Positions 53,301 through 64,000 of a stretch of DNA of 64,000 nt are shown in pieces. Both the position numbers and the translations under genes were made by a program. The stretch comes from Mytilus edulis (Eukaryota). The first letter of the stretch is position 1. Every line of letters starts with the position of its first letter. The DNA is taken from contig NC_092344.1 in the NCBI RefSeq assembly GCF_963676685.1, forward strand, positions 60,698,001 to 60,762,000, read 5' to 3'. Below the pieces are notes generated by a model. It was not told the DNA's origin and did not search any database. It saw nothing but the letters and a program-made list of their open reading frames with translations.

Positions 53301-55035
53301 CCGGTGTCCTATAGCCATTCTTCCCCCATGCCAATTTTTCCGGGGGGAAAAACTGGATCGATCCAATATTTCCCCCCGGAAAAAATGGCATGATCTCAAT
53401 TTTCCCCCTCAACGTTATAGGGGGAAAACGAGGATCAGGCCAATTTTTCCCCTTTGCGGCATGATAAGCTAGTTTTTCCCCTTTAAAAATTTATAACGTC
53501 GGCGACGTCAGTTAGAATTTTTTTATCCTAAAAAAAGAATATAAACTTTTTTGATTAGTTTAGCGGTACCAAAGCTTCATCGTATTAATATAAATTGATA
53601 TGTATTATATATACCATGTATACATACAAGTTATATTTATACACACGAAGCACATTCTGATGCAGTGATCACATCCATTCTCATTCGTGAACCCTTGGTA
53701 TCATTGACCTAATGAATACAACTAATAAAACCACGATTTTGACTTTATATGATAAATCATTTTTGTACCACAAGGTAAAAGTACCCATCAAAGGCATGGA
53801 TAGAGAAAAATACTCATCGCCTTAAAGCTTTCTTTCAGGAGAAGAAGTCCGATAAGGGTGAAACTTCATCAAACCTAGGGGAGATATGTACCCCCTCTCC
53901 AACCAGCATGGGACACGTGCAGTGGAAACGTGGAAGTACAGGAACTACCTCCATTATTGTGACTCTACAAAAATATTCCACCTGCTCTAAAGGTGTATAT
54001 ATAATGCGACCACGATCTAGCACTTATGATACAATTATCCACCGGAGTTACACGGACCTGGTAGCAAGTAATAAAAGGCCACCGTACAGCCTCCAAAAAT
54101 GAAAAAAAACCAAACATATATAGTCGGCTATAAAATGCTCCGACCATACAAATTAGGGAACAAAACAAACAAAACTAACAGGCTTATTGATTACAAAATA
54201 ATTTACAAACAAGACATACTCAAACGACATGAACCAACAACAACCACTGTACCCGGTACTACATGTTCCTGGCTTTGGAATGGGCATTGGTACATAAACA
54301 ATGTGGTGGCCATAAACTCAACCCTCCCCAATGAACCCAACCTAGGACAGCACACCGCAAGAAAAAAAGTATCAGTTGCAATTGGCTTCACTAAAAATGT
54401 TGATACGTTGCACAAAAATCACTTACATAAAAACAATAGAAACAAAGCACCGAAATAAAAGTACTCGCAGTCACTGAAAGTTATTTCAAAGCTAGTGAAA
54501 ATATAGACGGACTAGTGAGCATAGACAGGCTGGTAAACATGTGAACAGACGGGTGAATATGTAGACAGACTGGTAAACATGTGAACAGACGGGTGAATAT
54601 GTAGACAGACATGTAAACATGTGAACAGACGGGTGAATATGTAGACAGACTTGTCATATAGACAGACATGCAGTTGAGAATGTAGAAAGACTAGGGGACA
54701 CAAAGCAAGACAGATTAGTTGAAACATAGACAGACTGATAAACCTGTAGACAGACTTTTGTTAATGTAAAAGAACTAAAAATTTGTATCTATAAACCTAT
54801 TCCTAACACTGTTCGGTTTAATTTTCAGACGTGTATATATATATACAGTGATATCTATAATATAGGGGGAAAGATTGGCATGGGGGAAAAGTGACTATAT
54901 GTATACGTATTGTCAAATTTCCGCGGGGGGAGAATGGCAATGATCCAAAATTTCCTAGGGGGAAATATTGGATCATGCCAGTCTTTCCCCCGGGGAAAAA
55001 ACTGGCATGGGGGAAGAATGGCTATATAACACCGG
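53301..55035. mobile_element. Non-autonomous TIR element (about 1.7 kb) with internal 40-bp minisatellite (about 54505-54760)
   Basis: Long TIRs CCGGTGT..TATAGCCATTCTTCCCCCATGCCA / TGGCATGGGGGAAGAATGGCTATA..ACACCGG. No clear TSD. Confidence 0.75.
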
Positions 55036-55453
55036 GCGTTGTTGTCGAAGTACAGGCAGGCCGGGAACGACTGACACAAATAATTTAAAAATTAAAACTT
55101 TTAATAAAATAAATAATAATAAAAAAAAAAGTACACAAAGTAGCAAACTACAGTAAAAAAAACCAAATATTTTCAATTATTTCCCTAATTTCCCTAATAG
55201 ATAACAATAAATATTTTGAAAAAAATACATTTATGGAAACTTAGTCATCTTTATTTTAGTTTAACTTGTGTTAAAACATTTTAATACATTAAATCTTAAT
55301 AATTTTTAATCATGACATGCCTATAATTTCAAAATTCAAACTTTCTACTTATATATGCATTCATTTATTTGATAGTATGCATACATAACCGTTTTCTTTG
55401 CCAAATTACCAAATATGGTTATTGTCCGAAATAAGGTCAAAATGTTGTATAAT

Positions 55454-55539
55454 TGACCTCTCTATTATAAATGTTTGTTGATATTTGCACACGGATTTTC
55501 ACTCGAACATACCAACAAAAATATTTAATAGAGAGGTCA
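55454..55539 (+). promoter_or_regulatory. MRE-bearing hairpin module 1
   Basis: Arms TGACCTCTCTATTA / TAATAGAGAGGTCA; TGCACACGG at 55486. Confidence 0.5.
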
Positions 55540-55774
55540 CTTTGACATTGGTGACAATAAATAATATTTATGTTCTTCTTCGCTATAATCATGCGAACAT
55601 AAGGATTGTCTTGATAATACGTAAATAAAACAAAAAGCAATGTGGGATGAGAAATAGTATAACTGATCAGTTTAATATAAACAAATTGTGACAACTCTGG
55701 TCATGTAAGTCATGGTATCTGGATCTCCGAAAAATGATAGGACATCTACAAATAATTTTTTTTACATTAGATGT

Positions 55775-56124
55775 ATGTTTCATTATAATACTTTATTCTG
55801 GTTGGCTAACTGCACATCACGTGTTATTCCGTAAGCAATTGCATTACTCAATAAAACTTTTCATTCATGATAACACGTGGTCCCACAATAAAGTGCACAG
55901 GTGAATTAAATAAAAACAATATAAAATTCGTGTTTTCTTGTTCATAGCTAAAAAGTGTAATTATAAGTATTGAATACTTCTTTTTGTTACTTCTTAGGGT
56001 TGTAAAAGCGTTGACCGTGCGTACATTTTTAGAATGAAGCGCTTCCGCGCTTCATACAAAATGTACTTCGGTCAACGCTTTTACACCCCAATGAATTTAC
56101 AAAAAGAAGCATTCAATTCTTAAA
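55775..56124. mobile_element. Element with a TTGG/CACGTG head and a 160-bp terminal hairpin (Crypton-like, tentative)
   Basis: Hairpin 55961-56124. Same layout as 59290-59936. Confidence 0.45.
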
Positions 56125-56489
56125 TATAAAATTGTTCAATGAGCAAAGAGGTAACTCTGTTTTATAACATATCATGAATGCAAAATATACATGTCGATCT
56201 GATCAGTGAATTTTCTCAACAAGAGAAAAGGCCGAAATCTATATCTATATGGCAATCCGATGGATACATCTGTTGTAGGGTTGTCACTGACTCAGACGTA
56301 CTTATGAATATAATTATTTTCTGTGACTGTATCTTACATTAATTTGTAGGATCCTTTACTATAGATAATTTAGCCTATCTGTAACAATAACATCTTCATG
56401 CCTTATATATCATGTACTGTAGTACGCCGCTAGATTAAAACTGACGTGGAAAGGTAACACATGGCCAGCGAAAGCTCTTTTTTTAGAGA

Positions 56490-56585
56490 GCCCAGGTGGT
56501 CGTGTGGTCTAGCGGGACGGCTGCAGTGCAGGCGATTTGGTGTCACGATATCACAGTAGCATGGGTTCGAATCCCGGCGAGGGAA
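56490..56585 (+). repeat. tRNA-derived Pol III head, copy 1, in a tandem unit of about 445 bp
   Basis: A-box-like TGGTCGTGTGG and perfect B-box GGTTCGAATCC (56564-56574). Cloverleaf stems are poor. Confidence 0.65.
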
Positions 56586-56934
56586 GAACCAAAAATTTGC
56601 GAAAGCAAATTTACAGATCTAACATTGTTGGGTTGATGTTTAGACGAGTTGTATATACATTATGTACACAGCCATGTATCACCATCATTGATGGCGATCC
56701 GATGGATACATCTGTTGTAGGGTTGTCACTGACTCAGACGTACTTATGAATATAATTATTTTCTGTTACTGTATCTTACATTAATTAGTAGGATCCTTTA
56801 CTATAATAGATAATTTAGCTGATCTGTAACAATAACATCTTCATGCCTTATATATCATGTACTGTAGTACGCCGCTAGATTAAAACTGACGTGGAAAGGT
56901 AACACATGGCCAGCGAAAGCTCTTTTTTTAGAGA

Positions 56935-57030
56935 GCCCAGGTGGTCGTGTGGTCTAGCGGCACGGCTGCAGTGCAGGCGATTTGGTGTCACGATATCACA
57001 GTAGCATGGGTTCGAATCCCGGCGAGGGAA
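56935..57030 (+). repeat. tRNA-derived Pol III head, copy 2
   Basis: As copy 1, with one substitution. Confidence 0.65.
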
Positions 57031-57794
57031 GAACCAAAAATTTGCGAAAGCAAATTTACAGATCTAACATTGTTGGGTTGATGTTTAGACGAGTTGTATA
57101 TCTATATATATATATATATATATGTGTGTGAAAACCGACTCGATTACCGAGTCTAAGCGTATGCGAATATTTATACGCCATATTAAGAAATGGATTTAAA
57201 TGACCGGATAGCTGTTTGCATTCACCCACGGTATACATACATGTAGTGATAAACAAAATCATTACCTTTTTTATTAACATAAAATTTGATTAATAATTTA
57301 AGAAATAATTCATGGGGGCTTGAATATATCGTGATTTTACCACGGGTTGTCCCTTTATGACAAATATCTTACCCTGAGCGATCATAGCGACGCCTATAAT
57401 TTAAAAATTCAAACTGTTAATAAAATAAATAAAAACAAAAAGAATACAAAAAGTAGCAAACAACAGTAAAAAACAAAGATTTTTTTTATTATTTCCTTAT
57501 AAATAGATAACAATAAATATTTTGATAAAACTTCATTTATGGAAACTTTTTTTATAATTATCTTAATTTATTTTAGTTTAACTTGTTTAAAAATATTTTA
57601 CATTAAAACTTAATAATTTCAAATCATCATGACTTGAATAGCCTTTAATTTCAAAACTCGAGTTGACGTCTCAAAGCAGAATTTCTACTCAATTAATATA
57701 TATGCATTCATTTATTTGATAGTATGCACATATTACTTTCTTTGTCAAATTACCAAATATGGTTATTGTCCGAAATAAGGTCAAAATGTTGTAC

Positions 57795-57886
57795 AAGTGA
57801 CCTCTCTATTATAAATGTGTGTTGATATTTGCACACGGATTTTCACACGAACATACCAACAAAAATATTTAATAGAGAGGTCACTT
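57795..57886 (+). promoter_or_regulatory. MRE-bearing hairpin module 2
   Basis: 17-bp perfect arms; TGCACACGG at 57830. Confidence 0.5.
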
Positions 57887-58024
57887 TGACAATGGCGACA
57901 ATAAATCTATACTATTAAACGAGGAGACCTCATTTTGTGTGTCTCTTCTCTTCTTTCCACGCCGCTAGATTAAAACTGACGTGGAAAGGTAACACATGGC
58001 CAGCGAAAGCTCTTTTTTTAGAGA

Positions 58025-58120
58025 GCCCAGGTGGTCGTGTGGTCTAGCGGCACGGCTGCAGTGCAGGCGATTTGGTGTCACGATATCACAGTAGCATGGG
58101 TTCGAATCCCGGCGAGGGAA
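58025..58120 (+). repeat. tRNA-derived Pol III head, copy 3
   Basis: Identical to copy 2, inside the 1.09-kb duplication. Confidence 0.65.
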
Positions 58121-58883
58121 GAACCAAAAATTTGCGAAAGCAAATTTACAGATCTAACATTGTTGGGTTGATGTTTAGACGAGTTGTATATCTATATATA
58201 TATATATATATATGTGTGTGAAAACCGACTCGATTACCGAGTCTAAGCGTATGCGAATATTTATACGCCATATTAAGAAATGGATTTAAATGACCGGATA
58301 GCTGTTTGCATTCACCCACGGTATACATACATGTAGTGATAAACAAAATCATTACCTTTTTTATTAACATAAAATTTGATTAATAATTTAAGAAATAATT
58401 CATGGGGGCTTGAATATATCGTGATTTTACCACGGGTTGTCCCTTTATGACAAATATCTTACCCTGAGCGATCATAGCGACGCCTATAATTTAAAAATTC
58501 AAACTGTTAATAAAATAAATAAAAACAAAAAGAATACAAAAAGTAGCAAACAACAGTAAAAAACAAAGATTTTTTTTATTATTTCCTTATAAATAGATAA
58601 CAATAAATATTTTGATAAAACTTCATTTATGGAAACTTTTTTATAATTATCTTAATTTATTTTAGTTTAACTTGTTTAAAAATATTTTACATTAAAACTT
58701 AATAATTTCAAATCATCATGACTTGAATAGCCTTTAATTTCAAAACTCGAGTTGACGTCTCAAAGCAGAATTTCTACTTAATTAATATATATGCATTCAT
58801 TTATTTGATAGTATGCACATATTACTTTCTTTGTCAAATTACCAAATATGGTTATTGTCCGAAATAAGGTCAAAATGTTGTAC

Positions 58884-58975
58884 AAGTGACCTCTCTATTA
58901 TAAATGTGTGTTGATATTTGCACACGGATTTTCACACGAACATACCAACAAAAATATTTAATAGAGAGGTCACTT
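58884..58975 (+). promoter_or_regulatory. MRE-bearing hairpin module 3
   Basis: Identical to module 2; TGCACACGG at 58919. Confidence 0.5.
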
Positions 58976-59289
58976 TGACAATGGCGACAATAAATCTATA
59001 CTATTAAACGAGGAGACCTCATTTTGTGTGTCTCTTCTCTTCTTTCCACGATAAATTAATCATCATGCCTCTGTGTTCTATTGGTAACATGCATAGTCGC
59101 ATTTGTCATCCCTTCTTATGATTCCGTCATTAGACTGAATTTTAGTCATAGATAAGACTTCTGGTTTGAAACGTGCACAAGTACAACCAATCGTATGATA
59201 GATAACAAAAATGAAAAATAAATAAGCCAATCAGAGCGTTCTCCGTATCATGGTGTTGAGATCGCACGAACCACAACTATTATTATACC

Positions 59290-59936
59290 TTACATATATT
59301 TCAAACAATTCTATTGGTTAAAACGTTATCACGTGACATGGAATAATTCAGTTAATTTTCATTCAATTGCAAGGAAGGACGAATAACCCTAAAAATTTAC
59401 ACCAGCGGTGAATAACCCTATTATTTACCGGTGAATAACCTATTGAGTTTGTTGATTTGCACTTGAGTTACCTCCCATGAAAATGACGTCACAGACGTAA
59501 ATAAACAAAATAGCAGCGTTCACGTTACACTGAAAGCCCATCGAGAGACGAGGAAATAAGGCATAGGACATAAATAGAGCTGAGAATGCCAGCAGCCGAT
59601 GATATCTCTTATAAACGGTCCTTTTGAGGGCCATCAAATTTTTACAAAAAGATTCTACTTTTGTTGTAAATTCGGGAAATTCGAACACCAATGTATTTTC
59701 AAACATCAGTCTGTGTGTTATGTTAAAAATATAGACTAGCAAGCGCTCGAAATGGCTTTCCACTGTTAGTTCGGTATAATAAAACAATTGTGGCCCCTTT
59801 GAATCGATGAATATCCAAAATTGTCAACCCTTAAAAGTTATTTCACTTCGGGCTGCGCCATCAATGAAATAACCTTCTCGTGTTGACAATTTGGATATAT
59901 ATTCACCTTTTCAACGGGCCATAATTGTATATTATA
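59290..59936. mobile_element. Element with an ATTGG/CACGTG head and a terminal hairpin (Crypton-like, tentative)
   Basis: ATTGGTTAAAACGTTATCACGTGAC at about 59314; hairpin 59775-59936. Confidence 0.45.
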
Positions 59937-59997
59937 CCTCCTTAGAGATGACAATTATTTTTCGCGTTTATCCACATGTAAACTACGATTATACTTA

Positions 59998-60702
59998 AGC
60001 CTGCTAGTAGCACTAACAAAGTCAGACTTCCATACTGTAAAGACAGAGACCAGTTCCGGAGATGCAAAACTCTAACGTAGCCGTATCAAAACTTACTCTT
60101 ACACGTGTTTCAACGTTACAGCCGCCATATCGCCAGGACGTCACGTCTGGCGAGGTATAATAGTAAGTTGTTTCCGTATGTTACAACCACGATAATAACC
60201 ACGTTCTGATTGGCTACTATTATTAGTTAATTCAAATCGATCTGGCGGCTAATACTTTCACAAAACGTCGCGACAAGAAACTTAAAAACAGCAAGGACTG
60301 TACGTTTCTGAAAATAGCCAACAAGACATTATAATATTTGAACTGCACTACAAGTCGCATCATTGTTTTACTTTGCGTGATCATTTGTGAATGATATAAT
60401 GTGTTATCTAGTAACTGGTGTATTAAAGGTCGACCATTACCATCATATTTACTGTAAATCTGAAATTGTAACAAATGTTGAAAAATAATTATTTGTGCTT
60501 TAAAAACTGATAGACGGTACTATTTAAACTGTTTTTGAAAATGTTGTAAGTAATGCTTTTATTTGATGGCTATTGATGCTGAATATCCTAAAACAATCCC
60601 GGAAGATTAGCAGAACCAAACATATTTTGTTAGCCGCTACTAGTGGTAACATCTGTACTGTACAGTATGAAAGTCTGACTTTGTTAGTGTTACCAGCAGG
60701 CT
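59998..60702. mobile_element. MITE (about 700 bp)
   Basis: TIRs AGCCTGCTAGTAGCACTAACAAAGTCAGACT / AGTCTGACTTTGTTAGTGTTACCAGCAGGCT. Confidence 0.8.
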
Positions 60703-61110
60703 AACAACACTAATAGAATCCTGATAGTAGCAACTAACATAATAGGATCGGGTGCAAAATAAGGGGGTAGGCCTGAAAAAAAATACTCCCAAAGTGTCTT
60801 TAATTAACGGAAGTTACCAGACAATTTACATTTTAAAGCGACCATTTAAATTTTCCTTTTTTTTTATTTAAAATTTGTGTTTTGCTGAGTTCGGAACTTC
60901 CTATCGTATTGACGCATACCCACACTGTTTTGTTGACGTCTTAAGGACAAATGTTTATCATTCATGTTTACTTTATGGGTACATGTACAATATATATCAC
61001 GCTCTAGATATTACACTTATCTCTTGTTGACGAAGTTTTATTCTTAAGTTAGTAATACATAATTTTATCAGTATTTCCTGCCAGAAATTACTTATACTTT
61101 TCTACGTAAC

Positions 61111-61711
61111 GTGTGCATTTTAAAACATATTCATTCTTTATACTTTTCTACGTAACGTGTGAATTATTAAACATATTCATTGTAAAAATCATTGTAATAC
61201 ATTGCTTTGCTCTTCATGGGCCCTTTAATTGGAATAAAAATATCTTATCTTATCTTATTCATTTGACATAATCCGGTTTAAACTGGATCAAAAAGTCATG
61301 TTAAATTACCAATGTAAACATGGTGTTCGAAAGGTTCAATATGTTACTCGGCATACCTGTACGTTGTATGGTATAACGAAAAACCATTACCAAACTGTGT
61401 TTATATTTGATAATAATAAATGCGTTTCATAAACCAATTAAATGCCTTGACCGAATTATTAAACAAAAAGATGACAACACGACAGGGTTAGTCTATGGAT
61501 GATGTTATGACGCAACATATTATGTCGAATCACAGATTTGCGCACGATCAGATTTTCACACGGAGATGCTATGAGCATGATGAGGCAACATATTATGGCG
61601 AACCTCAGATTTGCACACGATCGGATTTTCACTCGATCGAATTTTCACACGAACATATCAACAAACATATGTTTTGCACACGGATCACATTATTGTAAAT
61701 CGACATATAAA
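61111..61711 (+). promoter_or_regulatory. Metallothionein promoter: four MREs and a TATA box
   Basis: GTGTGCA at 61111, TGCGCAC at 61539, TGCACAC at 61612 and 61675, TATAAA at 61706-61711. Confidence 0.85.
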
Positions 61712-61787
61712 TCAGAAAGCCGAGCGCCAAATAATATTATTATACTTATTTGAATACTACGACCACTGAGACCACTACGAATTAAAC

Positions 61788-63858
61788 ATGCCTGCACCTT
61801 GTAACTGTATCTAAAGTAAGTACATGTTTAAATGTATATTTTATGCTGATTAGTTTATATGTATCATTTAACGCTTTTACTATACTTAGTGTTCATTTTC
61901 TAGTGAGATAATATTAACATGATAAATACGAGAAGTAGAAATCAATGTCCACGTTTAAACTTTACAACGAGATTCACTATAAAAATCGCCCTCCCTTTTT
62001 TTCAAATCATTGCTTGTTATTTTGAACTTCAAACTTTTAACTGTGTAATCTACACCATCATATGATCCATTATGTAATGCTACATGATAGCTTGTACTTT
62101 AGAAGAGGACCTGCTAAAAATGTTTTACTGTATTTTAAACGCAAGCAGAATGTTAAATTACACTTTACTGGTGTATTAAATGTTTAAATTACTATTATTG
62201 ATTTAAATAATTGTGAAATCTTTTCTGAACATAATATTACTTCTATTCCCTAAATTTTATTTATAACTAGGCAGTGTCTATACATAGCTCAACAATAATG
62301 TTCTTTTTGACAACTAATTGATTTAAATAATAGTTAAATCTCCATTGAACATAACAATACTGATCATTACTTATATTACCTAAATTTTATCTATAGTAAG
62401 GCAAGATTATGATACATAGCTCAACGAGTATATGTTCTTTTTGACACGTAGCTTTAAAATGACGTAATTTAACGGATGTTAAATGACTTTTAATAATAAA
62501 TATTGATTTATACCGACAATGGAAAACAAGAAATACTGTGAATTATGACGGAACCCCAACTAACAGATCAATAATGCCTTGGTCTATGCAGCTGATACCG
62601 TTTATTGTTTATTATAACAAATACTAAATTGGTTGAAAGTGTTGTTTTCATGTTTATTAAAGATATACTGTATTTATATATTATTATTTTTAGCAAATGT
62701 GTGTATCTGTGACACTGGCTGCAGCGGTGAAGGTTGTCGTTGTGGTGACGCCTGCAAGTGCTCGGGCGCCGACTGTAAATGTTCCGGTTGCAAAGTAGTT
62801 TGCAAGTGTTCAGGTATGTTTGCCTTCATTTTATTGTAGACGCGTATAGTTAATTTTAGATTGGTAGGCCGTAGTATAACGGCCAGTAATTTGTTCAAAC
62901 AATAGTAAAATTACGAACAATTAACTCTTTCTCTTAAATTATTATTATTGTTATTATACAGTATTTATAACAGCGCATTATATAATATTGAAATTGCCCT
63001 AAGCGCTTTAAAACATAGATCAAGTCATATTATATATTCATTTTTTGTATTAACTATAAAAATATGAAAGCTCATGTTATAAAATTCTAAAACAAACAGG
63101 TATTATAAAATATTTCATATAACACTATACTTTGTCTATTAAAATATACTGATATAAACAATAACAGTTACATAAATTGGGCATGATAAACAACTTTGGT
63201 ATTAAATGTAGATTGTTTGGTATGTGGGCGAGTGATTTTGAGGAGTGGATAAATGCGAAGGCTGCTGAAGCTTTCAAAAACAAAATCATAAATGTGAACG
63301 CCCTTATGTTTAGAAAAATAAATTTTACCTGTTCAAGCTAAAGCTACTTTGAACATCATTTTTCCCACATATACAATCATTGTGTGTATCGATTTTTATA
63401 CTGCAGATAGAACATGTAGAACACGTCATGTTGTCTTTATCTTCTGAATAATTATAGTTCAAAACGATATTTCTTGCAATGTGGATTTTATGCTACCTCA
63501 CTCTTCTTCATAACAATATTAGGGCAATGTCAGAAAAAATACATATTTTTGCATTGGGGACGAAACTGTAGAAGTTTCTTAGTCTCATCATGGAAGTATT
63601 ATATTGACAATATAATACTTCCATGGTCTCATACAAAACAAAAGGTTATTAGCTTGCATTAACTGATATTGTATATAAAGGGATAGAAAAGAAAACAAAT
63701 TTCACTGTTGTTGAAGTGTTTAGAAAAAGGATATCATAGAATAGGAAAAAAAATATTAATGAAAACTGTTTTTCTTATTTTCAGGTAGCTGTGCGTGTGA
63801 AGGAGGATGTACAGGACCTTCAACGTGTAAATGTGCACCTGGCTGTTCCTGCAAGTGA
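61788..63858 (+). pseudogene. MT10: Metallothionein MT-10 with premature TAA at codon 9 (null allele, pseudogene or sequence error); join(61788-61815,62694-62813,63785-63858)
   Basis: Spliced 222 nt: [72 protein letters not shown] (73 positions, 21 Cys), matching the Mytilus MT-10 pattern. GT-AG phase-1 introns; TAA at 61812-61814. Confidence 0.9.
62197..62445. repeat. Diverged tandem duplication (about 120 bp) in MT intron 1
   Basis: ATTGATTTAAATAAT..ATACATAGCTCAAC..TGTTCTTTTTGACA occurs twice. Confidence 0.7.
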
Positions 63859-64000
63859 ATCAAAAAGACAATATACTCGAACTTATTCCATTCATCAAAT
63901 CATCCATTATGTATTAAAATTTCATGTTCAGCTACTTACTAGCTTATTGATCTGTATTCCAAGCCAGAGTTATTCCGCTTAGAGTATTGTGCTGCTATAT

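Larger units (their letters stand above)
56871..59049. repeat. Near-perfect tandem duplication, 2 x about 1.09 kb
   Basis: 56871-57960 vs 57961-59049. The identical 74-aa ORFs 57056 and 58146 are offset by 1090. Confidence 0.9.

Noticed and set aside
54481-55176. Overlapping short ORFs in the TIR element and minisatellite
   Set aside because: Products of repeat periodicity, with no transposase motifs.
56490-56585. Functional tRNA-Cys gene
   Set aside because: Acceptor and anticodon stems pair poorly and the sequence lies in a tandem repeat, so it was treated as tRNA-derived.

Overview
AT-rich, repeat-dense eukaryotic DNA, most likely from a Mytilus mussel (inferred from the MT-10 metallothionein sequence and the repeat types). 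Three genes can be modelled on the + strand. Two are tandem paralogues (A: CDS 27237-34349, about 610 aa; B: CDS 43172-49682, about 672 aa). Each has five coding exons and fuses an N-terminal TLR/MyD88-like TIR domain (BB-loop intact, catalytic Glu position occupied by Met) to 10-11 TRAF-type zinc fingers, with no RING or MATH domain. The spacer between them is duplicated, leaving a third promoter and first exon with no coding exon of its own. The third gene is a 3-exon MT-10 metallothionein (61788-63858) with an intact MRE/TATA promoter but TAA at codon 9. Upstream of it lie three MRE-bearing hairpin modules homologous to its own promoter. The rest is mobile DNA: MITEs, Helentron-like HINEs carrying satellites, Penelope-like fossils, tRNA-derived repeats and hammerhead-ribozyme (retrozyme) remnants, one of them sense-oriented in an intron of gene A. 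A 63-64 bp hairpin mini-element occurs twice, each copy with its own 10-bp target-site duplication and a different 5-nt loop. Most short ORFs in the supplied track are spurious. All exon boundaries were read by eye and no database searches were run.
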